Assembly: GCA_040876345.1 (NCBI GenBank)
Contig: JBBDPM010000001.1
Coordinates: forward strand, 116,688-180,687
Length of the DNA: 64,000 bases
Reading direction: 5' to 3'
DNA from: Candidatus Woykebacteria bacterium
Lineage (GTDB): Bacteria; Patescibacteriota; Microgenomatia; Woykebacterales; RBG-16-39-9b
In this document: piece after piece, positions 10,127-19,583 of the stretch
Layout: each line of letters begins with the position of its first letter
How positions within the stretch are numbered: position 1 is the first letter of the stretch
Notes under the pieces: generated by a model
Database searches by the model: none
Seen by the model: only the letters and a program-made list of their open reading frames with translations
Told to the model about the DNA's origin: nothing
Program-made: the position numbers and the translations under genes

Positions 10127-10638
10127 GGTCTTTCTCTTAAGCTTATAACAGTACTAAAATTCTTGGATTGGAGGCTAGTCTTCGTCGGCTCGGTTGAAGA
10201 TAAAGTGAAGGTTAAAATGACAGTTGGGAATCCTCCTTGGTTACCAATATTTGTGAATTGCAGATTGTTTGCCTGTATAAAATCGCCGGTTATGGGTACG
10301 CTTGGCCCTGAAGTCTGCAAGTTTATAGTTGAGCCGGACAAAGTGTAGCGGTAGTCGCCCCCGTTTATCCGAAGCCAGAGTATTGAACTTGTATTCCCTG
10401 GGGCAGCGGGGTCACGCACTTCTTGGGCTCTTCTGATGTCATAAGTGAGCCTTTTTAATAAGTAACTACCTTCCGTTTCAAGTCGATTTCGAGCGGTTGA
10501 CTCAAGGTTGGACTCAGATATCCTGAATAAAAGGTCAAGGCCGATAACTAGAATTATAGATAATAAAGTAAAATAGATAAGTATTTCTATTAAAGTAAAT
10601 CCTTTATCGTTTCTCAAACCTTTCTTAAAAGTTTTCAT
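10123..10638 (-). CDS. Minor pilin, PilW/PulJ-like
   Basis: KGFTLIEILIY, LTYDIRRA. Confidence 0.88.
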   Translation of the reverse strand: MKTFKKGLRNDKGFTLIEILIYFTLLSIILVIGLDLLFRISESNLESTARNRLETEGSYLLKRLTYDIRRAQEVRDPAAPGNTSSILWLRINGGDYRYTLSGSTINLQTSGPSVPITGDFIQANNLQFTNIGNQGGFPTVILTFTLSSTEPTKTSLQSKNFSTVISLRERP

Positions 10639-13214
10639 GGTGAATAATTTACAATAACGTCTTGTAATACAGGGGTGATAATGCCATTCCCAGAAAATTC
10701 AACTTTATACCGAAAGTGGCGTTTACTGACAAGCGCAAGTGGTATTGCTCCAGGACTGTCAAAGTAAGTGGCTGATGTGCCGTCTGGTCCAACAAAACTA
10801 CTACTTAACCACGGGCCGTCCGAATTCAGAGAAGCTATCTGGAATTTAATATTTGTTGTTAGTGGTGGCGCATTCTCCGACCAAGTAACTCGGTTGAAAC
10901 CGACGTTGCTTCCAGCATCAAATGTTCTTGATTCAAAAGTACCAAGCCCCGCAAAATCTGGCCCAATGCCAGGCCCAACAATCTGCAGTTCCCTGGAGTT
11001 GTGAACTGTAGCAAGAAAAGCAACGTTCGCTTCAAAAAATATTCCGTTCGCGTCTCCATCTAGATCTCGTGACCCAAGTTCGGCTATTGCCGAGGGTGTT
11101 TGGACATTAAGAAGCAAAAACTCTTTGTTACTAACCGTCGTTGCTAAGAAAGCTATGTTTCCCGCTATCCAAACACCATTGACGTTACTGCCCACGTTAT
11201 AAGTTGAAGGTGGTGAGTTACTTACCAAACTGATACTTGCTGGATTTGTGACGTTAAGGATATTAAATTCGGGGCCAGAGCCGTTATTTTGGGTTGCAAG
11301 ATAGGCTGTATTGCTGTTCACAAAAACTTCGGAACCATCTGAGTTTGAAGCAGCGTTGTAAGAGCCAATCTCGGTTGGCAGAGTTTTATTGGTAATGTCC
11401 ACCACCATGAGCTCTTTATCATCACGGGCAGTAGCTAAATAGGCTCGATTTCCAACAACGGTTACTCCATAAACTGCATTTGCGTTGACCGGTCCATTAC
11501 CTACCTCAAAACTTCCGATAACGTTTGGGTTGGGTGTGTGAGGACAGGTCAGACCAAAGCGGCTCGCCGCTAAATTTACATCGGTGATACTTACAATTTT
11601 GTCACCATTTATGTCTGAAGGCACATCACCTGTCATACCCACGTTAGACACTATTGTGCCGATATCAACGTTATCAACTCGGTTATCTCCGGTTACATCA
11701 AAACAAGTGTTAACACTTGCTATATAAAGTTCTCGGGCGGTCCCGCTGGAAGATTGTTTTGTTATATAAGCAAATTTGAGTCTGCCAGAGCCTTGTACTG
11801 TGATGTCCAATGCGTCTACAGCGTCTCCAAGATCAAGTGTAGCAACTTTGGCAGGGGCTGCCTTATTACTTATGTTAATTACGGTTAGCTCCTCAGTAGC
11901 ATGGCTCGTGGCCAGATAAGCAAATTGCCCGCTGGTTGCACTGTCTTCCACTGAGATTCCGTTGACGTCGGCCGTTAAATTAAGTGTTCCAGTAACCACG
12001 GGACTTGCCGGGTTAGAGACGTTGATAATCGCGAAATCTGGGGCGCTGCCAGCATCTTGTATACCCACGTAAGCATAATTATTCAACACGAATGTATCGA
12101 CCCCATTTCCATTGCCGGAGTTATCATAGTTTGCTAAAGATTGCGGATTTCCCCAGTTAATGTTTCTTTTCAGCTGTACTTCTCCACCAGAAACGCTTGT
12201 AGTTTCCGTGTTGGATAAGGTGCCGGAGTTAAAATCTGCTTGAGTAGTTTGCACCCAGGTAGTGTTTCCCAAAGTCCTTGTTAAATAGAATGTGTTTTGG
12301 ATGTTTCCACCGAAAAATGAGGTCCAAGAAACATTAGAGGTGATTTTTTTTGTGGAAGTGTCTATTGTGCCAGAGGGGCAGGTGACAAGGTTGTTACTAG
12401 AATCACGACAAGCATCTCCAATTTCTACTTGTCTAGTGAAATTTCCGACTGTTTCTGATCCAGTTTCAAGACGCCAAGTTTTAGCAGGATCAAGGCCGGA
12501 AAGAGTCATATTTTGAATATAGGTTGGAGAAAAACAGAGGAGGGGGTTTAAACTACAGTTTGTTTTTATCACCCAAATCTCAACTATAGTAGTTGGCGTA
12601 TAAGGCGGAAATGTGGCAGTCAGTTCTCCGGAAGACCCTGGTGTCCCAATATAATCGGCAATTGCGTTTGATGGGGTGCAGCCGCCTTGGGGGCAAATAG
12701 AAACCCGCTCCTCTATACCGGGGTTCAGACCAGTAAGTTTTAAACTTGAAATTGTGTTAAAAGCGAAACACGACAGGGGTTCTAAGGGCCCACCACAGTT
12801 TGAAGTTTTTAATACCCATACTTCAACAATGGCTTGAGGTGTTAGTGGTGTGTATTGAGGAAAATTAACATCAAGCTGACCGGGACCGAAGGAATAATCT
12901 GTATCCTGGGTAAAAACACCATTTTGACACCCAGAAGTTTGGCAAATTGATACTGAGTATTCTCTGCCAGACGGCTCAATATGATAAGTTCCGTTTGTTA
13001 GCTTAGACCAGCCCGACTCTCTTACAGAACGCATTGCTTCTCCTTGCAAAAGAGAGGAGGTTTCGGCGGCAAGAACGTTTGCAGCTCTCTCTCGAGACTC
13101 TCTTGTGCTAACCAAAAGAAGGCTGACGCTGGTCAAAACAATAGCGACAATACCAAAGCCGATGACGAGTTCAATTAAAGCTTGCCCATTTTTAGTTAAT
13201 CGTGACTCTTCCAT
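10635..13214 (-). CDS. Large pilin-anchored adhesin with LVIVD-type repeats and an inserted dockerin-like domain
   Basis: GQALIELVIG prepilin start; repeated V.GN.AYLAT...L.IIN(V/I)..P..P units; paired EF-hand-like loops. Confidence 0.85.
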   Translation of the reverse strand: MEESRLTKNGQALIELVIGFGIVAIVLTSVSLLLVSTRESRERAANVLAAETSSLLQGEAMRSVRESGWSKLTNGTYHIEPSGREYSVSICQTSGCQNGVFTQDTDYSFGPGQLDVNFPQYTPLTPQAIVEVWVLKTSNCGGPLEPLSCFAFNTISSLKLTGLNPGIEERVSICPQGGCTPSNAIADYIGTPGSSGELTATFPPYTPTTIVEIWVIKTNCSLNPLLCFSPTYIQNMTLSGLDPAKTWRLETGSETVGNFTRQVEIGDACRDSSNNLVTCPSGTIDTSTKKITSNVSWTSFFGGNIQNTFYLTRTLGNTTWVQTTQADFNSGTLSNTETTSVSGGEVQLKRNINWGNPQSLANYDNSGNGNGVDTFVLNNYAYVGIQDAGSAPDFAIINVSNPASPVVTGTLNLTADVNGISVEDSATSGQFAYLATSHATEELTVINISNKAAPAKVATLDLGDAVDALDITVQGSGRLKFAYITKQSSSGTARELYIASVNTCFDVTGDNRVDNVDIGTIVSNVGMTGDVPSDINGDKIVSITDVNLAASRFGLTCPHTPNPNVIGSFEVGNGPVNANAVYGVTVVGNRAYLATARDDKELMVVDITNKTLPTEIGSYNAASNSDGSEVFVNSNTAYLATQNNGSGPEFNILNVTNPASISLVSNSPPSTYNVGSNVNGVWIAGNIAFLATTVSNKEFLLLNVQTPSAIAELGSRDLDGDANGIFFEANVAFLATVHNSRELQIVGPGIGPDFAGLGTFESRTFDAGSNVGFNRVTWSENAPPLTTNIKFQIASLNSDGPWLSSSFVGPDGTSATYFDSPGAIPLALVSKRHFRYKVEFSGNGIITPVLQDVIVNYSP
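12483..12965 (-). repeat. Two tandem ~80-aa Cys-rich protein repeats within the adhesin
   Basis: VSIC...GC...FP.YTP...IVE(V/I)WV(L/I)KT.C...PL.CF....L.GL.P occurs twice (aa 84-166 and 167-244). Confidence 0.85.
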
Positions 13215-13680
13215 ATTGATTTATGGTAAACGCTCTAGTTTGACCAGTATTAGATTCAGTTAACGCGAAGTTATTTTGGGCACCGCTGTAGTTTTGTACC
13301 TCCCCTGAAAGTTTAGAAAAGATAATGTTACTAGAGGGTAAATTTATTGGGCTTATGGATATGCTTGGCTCAAACGTAGTTTCTAGGTTGGCTGTATCAC
13401 TTAGGTTGTAAGAAGCTCCTTTGAAAATAACGATTTTGTTTTGTTCAAAATGCACACCGTGGCTTTCGGCTGAGGAAGATCCCCCCGTGCTTCCCACCAT
13501 AGCTAGGTTTTGAGCTTCTTTAAGTGCAAAATAGATTTGGTCTTCGGCCGCTCTTATGTCGGCTTGGGATTTTGGTCTAGTGATACTCACTAATATGAAT
13601 CCAAAAGCTAAAGAAAATAGGGCGATAACTAATATAATTTCTATTAGGGTAAAGCCAGAAGACTTTAGAGATTTTCTCAT
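13192..13680 (-). CDS. Minor pilin, FimT/GspH-like
   Basis: SGFTLIEIILVI; C-terminal I.FSKLSG...INQYG. Confidence 0.88.
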   Translation of the reverse strand: MRKSLKSSGFTLIEIILVIALFSLAFGFILVSITRPKSQADIRAAEDQIYFALKEAQNLAMVGSTGGSSSAESHGVHFEQNKIVIFKGASYNLSDTANLETTFEPSISISPINLPSSNIIFSKLSGEVQNYSGAQNNFALTESNTGQTRAFTINQYGRVTIN

Positions 13681-14780
13681 CCTGGGCTTATTTGGCTAAT
13701 TAATTGGTAAATTGGAGAAATTACAGCTAGGATCACAGAGCCAACAATAATACCAATTACAATGATTAAAGCTGGCTCAATTACCGTGGACAGGGTTTTT
13801 ACTTCGCGGGAGAGTTTGTCGTGGTAGTGGAGGGCTACACCAGCCAGGACTTCGTCGAGTTGTCCAGTTTTCTCTCCGGTGGAGATTATTCGAGTCATTA
13901 GAGTAGGAAAAGTTTTAAATTCTCTCATCCCCTCGGCCAACCCCTTACCTTCAGTCAATTTATGAGTTACTTCTTCAAGTTCACGCTTGGTTCTCTTATT
14001 CAAAACCACAGTTGATGAAGCTTCGACCGCCTTAATTATGGGAATGCCAGCCGAAAGTAGTAAGGATAAGGTGGACGAAAGGCGTGATAAGTCAAGATAT
14101 CTCAAGACACTTCCGAAAACTGGGATGTGAAAAGAAGCGGTGAGTAGTTTTTTCCGTACTTCTTTATTTGATAGTAAAATTATTGTGCCAATAGCAGCGA
14201 TTAAGATGAATATACCGACAAAAATATAGTATTTGTTTACAAAAAGAGCAGTGGAAAGGAGGATTCTTGTTGGTAATGGTTTGGGAATAGTAAGCTTTTC
14301 AAATATTTCGGCAACTCTGGGAACAACAAATCCAAAAAGAACCGCCATTACGAAAAAAAGCACGCCCAAGACAATCGCTGGGTAAAAAGCGGCTTGTTTA
14401 ATATCGTTTTTTAACTCTTCCTCTTGTTTCATGTTGTCGGAGAGCTGTTTGAGTACTTTATCCAAGCCCCCGCTTTCCTCTCCGGCTTTGACAGTATTTA
14501 CAAATATATCGTCAAAAATATTGGGGAATTGAGAGAAGCTTTCAGCAAGGTTGTGCCCTTTTTGGATGGAGTCTCTAACCGAGCGGACCACACCTTTAGT
14601 CTTTAAGTTGTCGGAGTCGTTTTCAATGCTTTCAAAAGCATCTAAAATTGGGATTCCGGCCCCAAGCATGATCCCTAAAGACTCGACTAAGGTGAGTCTT
14701 TCAATAAAAGGAAGTTTTACCTTAAGGGGGATTATTTTCGGCTCTTTTTTAACTGTGAAATTAAACATTGGCAGTTTCAA
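13677..14780 (-). CDS. pilC: Type IV pilus platform protein PilC/GspF
   Basis: AGIPI, GEESGGLD, FYP.IV, GEKTGQLD, IEP.LI. Confidence 0.93.
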   Translation of the reverse strand: MKLPMFNFTVKKEPKIIPLKVKLPFIERLTLVESLGIMLGAGIPILDAFESIENDSDNLKTKGVVRSVRDSIQKGHNLAESFSQFPNIFDDIFVNTVKAGEESGGLDKVLKQLSDNMKQEEELKNDIKQAAFYPAIVLGVLFFVMAVLFGFVVPRVAEIFEKLTIPKPLPTRILLSTALFVNKYYIFVGIFILIAAIGTIILLSNKEVRKKLLTASFHIPVFGSVLRYLDLSRLSSTLSLLLSAGIPIIKAVEASSTVVLNKRTKRELEEVTHKLTEGKGLAEGMREFKTFPTLMTRIISTGEKTGQLDEVLAGVALHYHDKLSREVKTLSTVIEPALIIVIGIIVGSVILAVISPIYQLISQISPG

Positions 14781-14968
14781 CCAAAATTATACCACTTGTG
14801 GGTGTTAAAGTAGATTCCAAAGTTTGACCCCAAACCCATAGCTATGTTATGATCAGGTACGAAATTTGTTGAAACAGCTTCGGATGGGTATTTTGTCGAC
14901 TAAGATTTAATCGCCAGTGAGCCCAATCTGAGGCCGCCGTAGGAGGGATTTCGATCAGTTTCGGGACG

Positions 14969-15649
14969 GTGTTACCCATGCAGCCCCAACCACATTTCCT
15001 AGTGAAGCCGTTAGTGGATCTAGGTGGGGCACCGAAAAGGAGGAAAGTGATGTGGCGTACAGTAGAAGGACGAAGAGTTCTAAGGCCAACCGATAGAGAT
15101 CTTAAGCCTCGGGCAAGCAAACTCCAAGATGTCGCGAGGGTTATCAAAGGGCTAGGGTCTCCAGAATCGGTGGATATCTACGTTTCGAAGTGGCGGTTTG
15201 GTGTTACGATGCTGGGTGTTAATAGCAACATCAAAGGCGCAGTTCCCATAGGCGAGGTGGTAGAAGCTCTCAACATAGAGTTTGGGCGTGGTGAGTACCA
15301 CCAAGTAGGTGTTCAGCATGTAGGTGAATGGATTCTCTCACTTGCGACCACCTGCCCTGTCTTTTGGGCCTACACCGAGGATCGCTCTTGCTACATCGGG
15401 CGGCACGATCCGGTTGTAGCGGGGGGCACAGTGCTGTACAAGCACAGCGATGAATGCCCTTGTAGGCATCATGGAGTCAGCTGCAGCGTCCGGCCTTGCG
15501 GGGATTGCAAGGGAAGTTGTCCAATGATTCGTAAATGCACGAACTGTGGGAGTCGTTGGGATCTGAACAGGAAGCCTCCACGGCCGCTGACGCTCATTTG
15601 GACTCCGGTCCACGTTTCTAACCCCTGGTCTAGGGAGCAAGAAACGTAA
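14969..15649 (+). CDS. Cys-rich orphan protein inserted between pilB and pilC
   Basis: 226-aa ORF, GC-richer than neighbours. Own TTGACC/TATGAT promoter and AGGAGG upstream, hairpin downstream. Confidence 0.65.
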   Translation: MLPMQPQPHFLVKPLVDLGGAPKRRKVMWRTVEGRRVLRPTDRDLKPRASKLQDVARVIKGLGSPESVDIYVSKWRFGVTMLGVNSNIKGAVPIGEVVEALNIEFGRGEYHQVGVQHVGEWILSLATTCPVFWAYTEDRSCYIGRHDPVVAGGTVLYKHSDECPCRHHGVSCSVRPCGDCKGSCPMIRKCTNCGSRWDLNRKPPRPLTLIWTPVHVSNPWSREQET

Positions 15650-15663
15650 CGATTGTCGATCGT

Positions 15664-15707
15664 ACTGGGTGGCGGTGGCAGGCTTGCCCTTCACCGCTGC
15701 CCACAGT
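15664..15707. terminator. GC-rich hairpin between convergent genes
   Basis: GGGTGGCGGTG (15667-77) pairs with CACCGCTGCCC (15692-702). Confidence 0.6.
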
Positions 15708-15716
15708 TCTTATGTG

Positions 15717-17405
15717 TTATTCGCTTACTGCGCGGATGACTTCGCCAAGGCTTGTTTGGCCTTCGGCCACTTTTTCTAAGCCATCTTCAATCATTAGTTT
15801 AAAGCCTTCAGATTTTGCCTGATCCATTAGTTTTTGAATTGACGACTTGTCAAAAATTAGCTTGCGTAGGTCCTCACTCACCCGCAGTACTTCGTAAATC
15901 CCAACTCTTCCTCGGAAACCGGTATTTGAGCATTCTGGGCAGCCTTTTCCACGCCTTGCTTCTACTTTACCGGCCAAAAAACCGGCTACTACTTCTTCGC
16001 CGTATTCTTTAGCAAGGTCTTTAAGAACGCTTTCTTTAATCTCCTCTTTTACAAGGCAAGATGGGCAATTTCTGGCTACAAGTCGCTGCGAAATCACTAA
16101 ATTAAGGGTGGATCCAATTAGATAAGGCTGGGCTCCAAGGTCGTAAAGCCTTGGAATTGTACTGACTGCATCGTTCGTATGTAAAGAGCTCAGTACTAAA
16201 TGACCAGTTAGAGCAGCGTGAATTGCAATTTCGGAAGTTTCTTCATCGCGGATTTCTCCGACTAAAATTACGTTTGGATCATGCCTCAGGATTGCCCGAA
16301 GCCCAGAGGCAAAAGTAAGGCCAGCTTTAGGATTTATTTGGGTTTGGTTTACTCGGGGGAGTCCATATTCAATTGGATCTTCAATAGTGCAGATATTGAC
16401 ACTAGAGGTGTTGAGAATTATTAGCAGGTTGTATAGGGTTGTCGTTTTACCACTTCCCGTGGGGCCAGTTGAAAGTACCATACCATGGGATTTTTGGATG
16501 CCTTCTTTAACTAGTTTTAAGTTATTACCAGAGAGTCCAAGATCCTCCAAAGTCTTTGGTCTTGCTGCCGATGAAAGAAGCCGCATTACGGCGTCCTCAC
16601 CGTGATAGGTAGATAATATCGAGACCCTTACTGATATTTCGTCCGAGCGGTGTTTGAAGCGAAATCTACCGTCTTGGGGGAGCCGGTGCTCATCGGTGCG
16701 CAGATCTGAAATTATTTTTATCCTGGTGATTAATCCAGCCTGAATTGTGGTTGGAAGCTCTAAAACATCTCTAAGCCTGCCGTCAACCCTGAAGCGGATT
16801 ATTACTCTATCACCTACATTTTCAATGTGAATATCACTGGCTCTCTCCGATGCCGCAAAGTCTAATATTGTATCCAGGATTTTTACAACTGGAAGATCCT
16901 CACCACCGACTGCTCCTTTCGCTTTTGCTTGGGAGACGTTTTCCTCAATAATTTCCTTAAAATCCTTCCTTATATCCTTATGATATTGATCGAGGACGTC
17001 ATCTATTATTGAAGGTAGAGTGAAGTATATTTCTACTGACCCACCAACCTTTTTCTTGATAAAATCTAGGGCTTCAGGGTCTTGAGGATTTTCAAGCGCA
17101 ATTTTTACACTGTTACCATCTTTGGCAAAAGTCACCGCCCTTTTTTCAGCGGCTATCTCCTCGGGGATAAGATCTAAGATTGATTTTTCGATTTTATGGT
17201 CTTTTAGATCGGCGTAAGGGTAACCAACGTATTCGGCGATCGCTTGCCCAAGAAACTTCTCTAATATTACACCACGTTCTATTAATACATCAGTTAAGGG
17301 TTTATTTAGGTCAGAAGCAGCTTTTTCTGCCTCTTGTAGTTCGGCAGGATCAACAAATCCAGATTTTAAGATAAGCTTTTTAAGCTCATTACCTTCAATG
17401 GTCAT
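15717..17405 (-). CDS. pilB: Type IV pilus assembly ATPase PilB/GspE
   Basis: ASDIHIE, RLPQDGRF, GPTGSGKTTTLY, TIEDPIEY, GEIRD, TGHLVLSSLH, tetracysteine motif. Confidence 0.95.
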   Translation of the reverse strand: MTIEGNELKKLILKSGFVDPAELQEAEKAASDLNKPLTDVLIERGVILEKFLGQAIAEYVGYPYADLKDHKIEKSILDLIPEEIAAEKRAVTFAKDGNSVKIALENPQDPEALDFIKKKVGGSVEIYFTLPSIIDDVLDQYHKDIRKDFKEIIEENVSQAKAKGAVGGEDLPVVKILDTILDFAASERASDIHIENVGDRVIIRFRVDGRLRDVLELPTTIQAGLITRIKIISDLRTDEHRLPQDGRFRFKHRSDEISVRVSILSTYHGEDAVMRLLSSAARPKTLEDLGLSGNNLKLVKEGIQKSHGMVLSTGPTGSGKTTTLYNLLIILNTSSVNICTIEDPIEYGLPRVNQTQINPKAGLTFASGLRAILRHDPNVILVGEIRDEETSEIAIHAALTGHLVLSSLHTNDAVSTIPRLYDLGAQPYLIGSTLNLVISQRLVARNCPSCLVKEEIKESVLKDLAKEYGEEVVAGFLAGKVEARRGKGCPECSNTGFRGRVGIYEVLRVSEDLRKLIFDKSSIQKLMDQAKSEGFKLMIEDGLEKVAEGQTSLGEVIRAVSE

Positions 17406-17770
17406 TTGGAATACTCGCGGATTTTATCAACAATTTCTTGGGGGGTGACATCTGTCTTCATGAATATTTCTTTCGCGCCTAAGCTTTTGCATTTTTTTAC
17501 ATCTTCTTCGGAAACATTTAGGTTTGTTAAAACAATCACCGGTATGTCTTTTGTTTCCGAGTCTCCTTTGATTTTTTCCAAAACTTCTGTACCACTCATT
17601 TTCGGTAACATTATATCGAGTACTATTACATCTGGCTTGGTGTCCTTTACTTTTTGCAGACCTTCTTCACCGTCCAGAGCAGTTTCAACCTGAAATCCGT
17701 CATGAGTGAATTTCATGTTATACATCTTCACCATTAAAGAGTCGTCCTCAACAAGCAGTACCTTACTCAT
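17402..17770 (-). CDS. Single-domain response regulator
   Basis: VLLVEDD, LDIMLP.MSG, VIVLT. Confidence 0.93.
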   Translation of the reverse strand: MSKVLLVEDDSLMVKMYNMKFTHDGFQVETALDGEEGLQKVKDTKPDVIVLDIMLPKMSGTEVLEKIKGDSETKDIPVIVLTNLNVSEEDVKKCKSLGAKEIFMKTDVTPQEIVDKIREYSK

Positions 17771-18567
17771 CAGTTTTTACCCTCCTCTTGTGTAAGATTT
17801 TCAGCTACTTCTCTTGCTTTTTTACTGCCAGTTGTGGGTAAAGAAAAACAGAATTTTGAGCCCTCTTGAGGCTTACTTTCTCCAAGCCAAATTTTTCCAC
17901 CAAGTTTCTCAATAATGACTTTAGAAATATAAAGGCCTAGGCCACTGCCGCCCGAAACTCTAGTTTCTTTAGTTGAGGCTTGGGAAAATTTTTCGAAAAG
18001 ATGCGATTGCTTTTCCACTGGTACTCCCGCTCCGGTGTCGGCAACACAAGTTATTACGTAGTCTTCCTTCTGTGAAAAGTTAACCGTAATAGAGCCTTTT
18101 TTCGTAAATTTCATAGCGTTACCGACAAGATTAATTAGTACTTGAACTAGCTTGTCGGTGTCAGCTTGGACCTTTGGTAAATTTTCTGAAGGCGCTTCAA
18201 GAATTAGAGAAAGCTTTTTTTCGGAAGCGGAACGAATCAAAGATTGTAATAGAAGCCTTGCTTGTTCAACCACATCAATGTCGTCTCGTAAAATAAATTG
18301 CATTCGGCCAGCCTCAAGCCTGCTTATATCCAGCATGCCGTTGACAAGCCTGATTTCCCGCTCAACCGCAAGGAGCATTTCAGTAAGAACGTCCCTGACT
18401 TGAGGTGAGACAGGTCCTGCATCTCCGGCAAGAAGCATGTTTAAGTAACCTTTAATAGTGGACATTGGGGTACGTAGCTCATGAGAAACAATTGAAATAA
18501 ACTCATCCTTAACGGATTCCAACTTTTCTGTCTGGACATTTTGTTTTTGGGAGGTAGTCTCTTGCAT
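17770..18567 (-). CDS. Histidine kinase (HisKA + HATPase, no sensor domain)
   Basis: SHELRTP, NLVGNAMKFT, DTGAG, GSGLGLYI. Confidence 0.93.
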   Translation of the reverse strand: MQETTSQKQNVQTEKLESVKDEFISIVSHELRTPMSTIKGYLNMLLAGDAGPVSPQVRDVLTEMLLAVEREIRLVNGMLDISRLEAGRMQFILRDDIDVVEQARLLLQSLIRSASEKKLSLILEAPSENLPKVQADTDKLVQVLINLVGNAMKFTKKGSITVNFSQKEDYVITCVADTGAGVPVEKQSHLFEKFSQASTKETRVSGGSGLGLYISKVIIEKLGGKIWLGESKPQEGSKFCFSLPTTGSKKAREVAENLTQEEGKN

Positions 18568-18701
18568 ATTGAGAGTTTGCCTAAGTTATCTTTAGTTTAC
18601 TCTACGTTCAGCTAAGGGTCAACCGCACTTAGTTAAAGCTTCTTGTGAAGGGTGAAATCAAACCTTTCGTAAAATGCAAAAATAGGTTAAATTAGAGTGT
18701 C

Positions 18702-18995
18702 ATGGAAATTGGTTTGGCTTTTGAATATTTTTTGCTTACGCTCGCCGCCACTTTTGCTAGCCTTCAAATGGTTGCTATTCTAAAAAACAAAAGAGAAATC
18801 GCCGTTTTTAAAAATAGAAACCTTGCAGCTGTTCTTTATTCGGCCTTAATTGCACTTAGTTTCTATGGGTTTTTTTCAATAAGGGATCGGAATGTTCAAA
18901 CTTTTTTGGAGGGGGCTCAATTATCCGCTATATTCGGGATTGGGGCTTTTAGTTCTTTACTAGTCACTAAAATTTTGAAAAAATTATGGATCTAA
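18702..18995 (+). CDS. Hypothetical membrane protein
   Basis: 97 aa with three hydrophobic segments; overlaps the next gene. Confidence 0.7.
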   Translation: MEIGLAFEYFLLTLAATFASLQMVAILKNKREIAVFKNRNLAAVLYSALIALSFYGFFSIRDRNVQTFLEGAQLSAIFGIGAFSSLLVTKILKKLWI

Positions 18996-19582
18996 GTAGT
19001 GTTGATAGGGATTTATTTATTTTTATAAATAGTTTTGTTGGTAAAAGCTCTTCTTTCGATGCTCTGGCTAAACCTTTGGTTAATGAGTATTTTGTTCCGA
19101 CTGTTCTCTCCCTAATCATATTCTCGATGTGGTTTTATTGGGACAAAAAGGACAAAGATGTAAAACAAAAAGGGGTGTTGATTAGTGTTTTAGGTGTGGT
19201 AGTTGGTAGCCTTTTGCTGGTGACAATAATTAACATGTTATTTCAAAGGCCAAGACCGTTTGAAGATCTTGACGTTAATCTTTTGTTCTATAAACCAACT
19301 GACCCTTCTTTTCCAGCAAATTCAGCCGTTGTAGCTTTTGCTCTGTCAACCGCAGTTTTTTTGGTGGACAAAAAAGCTGGAGTAGCCGCTTTGTTACTAT
19401 CTGCTTTCTACGGATTTTTGAGAGTTTACGTAGGGGTTCATTTCCCTTCAGACGTTATTGCCGGAGCCTTAATTGGAGCAGGGTCTACAATTTTTGTTAG
19501 TCAATTTGATAAGCTTTTAATGGAGGTAGTGAAAATTCTTAGAACTTTGTTGGAGGCTTTAGGATTAGCCGAGTTTTCATAA
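18986..19582 (+). CDS. PAP2-family phosphatase (undecaprenyl-diphosphatase-like)
   Basis: RPRPF, PSFP, RVYVGVHFPSDV. Confidence 0.88.
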   Translation: MDLSSVDRDLFIFINSFVGKSSSFDALAKPLVNEYFVPTVLSLIIFSMWFYWDKKDKDVKQKGVLISVLGVVVGSLLLVTIINMLFQRPRPFEDLDVNLLFYKPTDPSFPANSAVVAFALSTAVFLVDKKAGVAALLLSAFYGFLRVYVGVHFPSDVIAGALIGAGSTIFVSQFDKLLMEVVKILRTLLEALGLAEFS

Positions 19583-19583
19583 A

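Noticed and set aside
15643-15722. Possible integron attC site after the orphan gene
   Set aside because: ACGTAAC and GTTATTC are not complementary R boxes, no integrase is present and no repeated attC was seen. A terminator explains it better.
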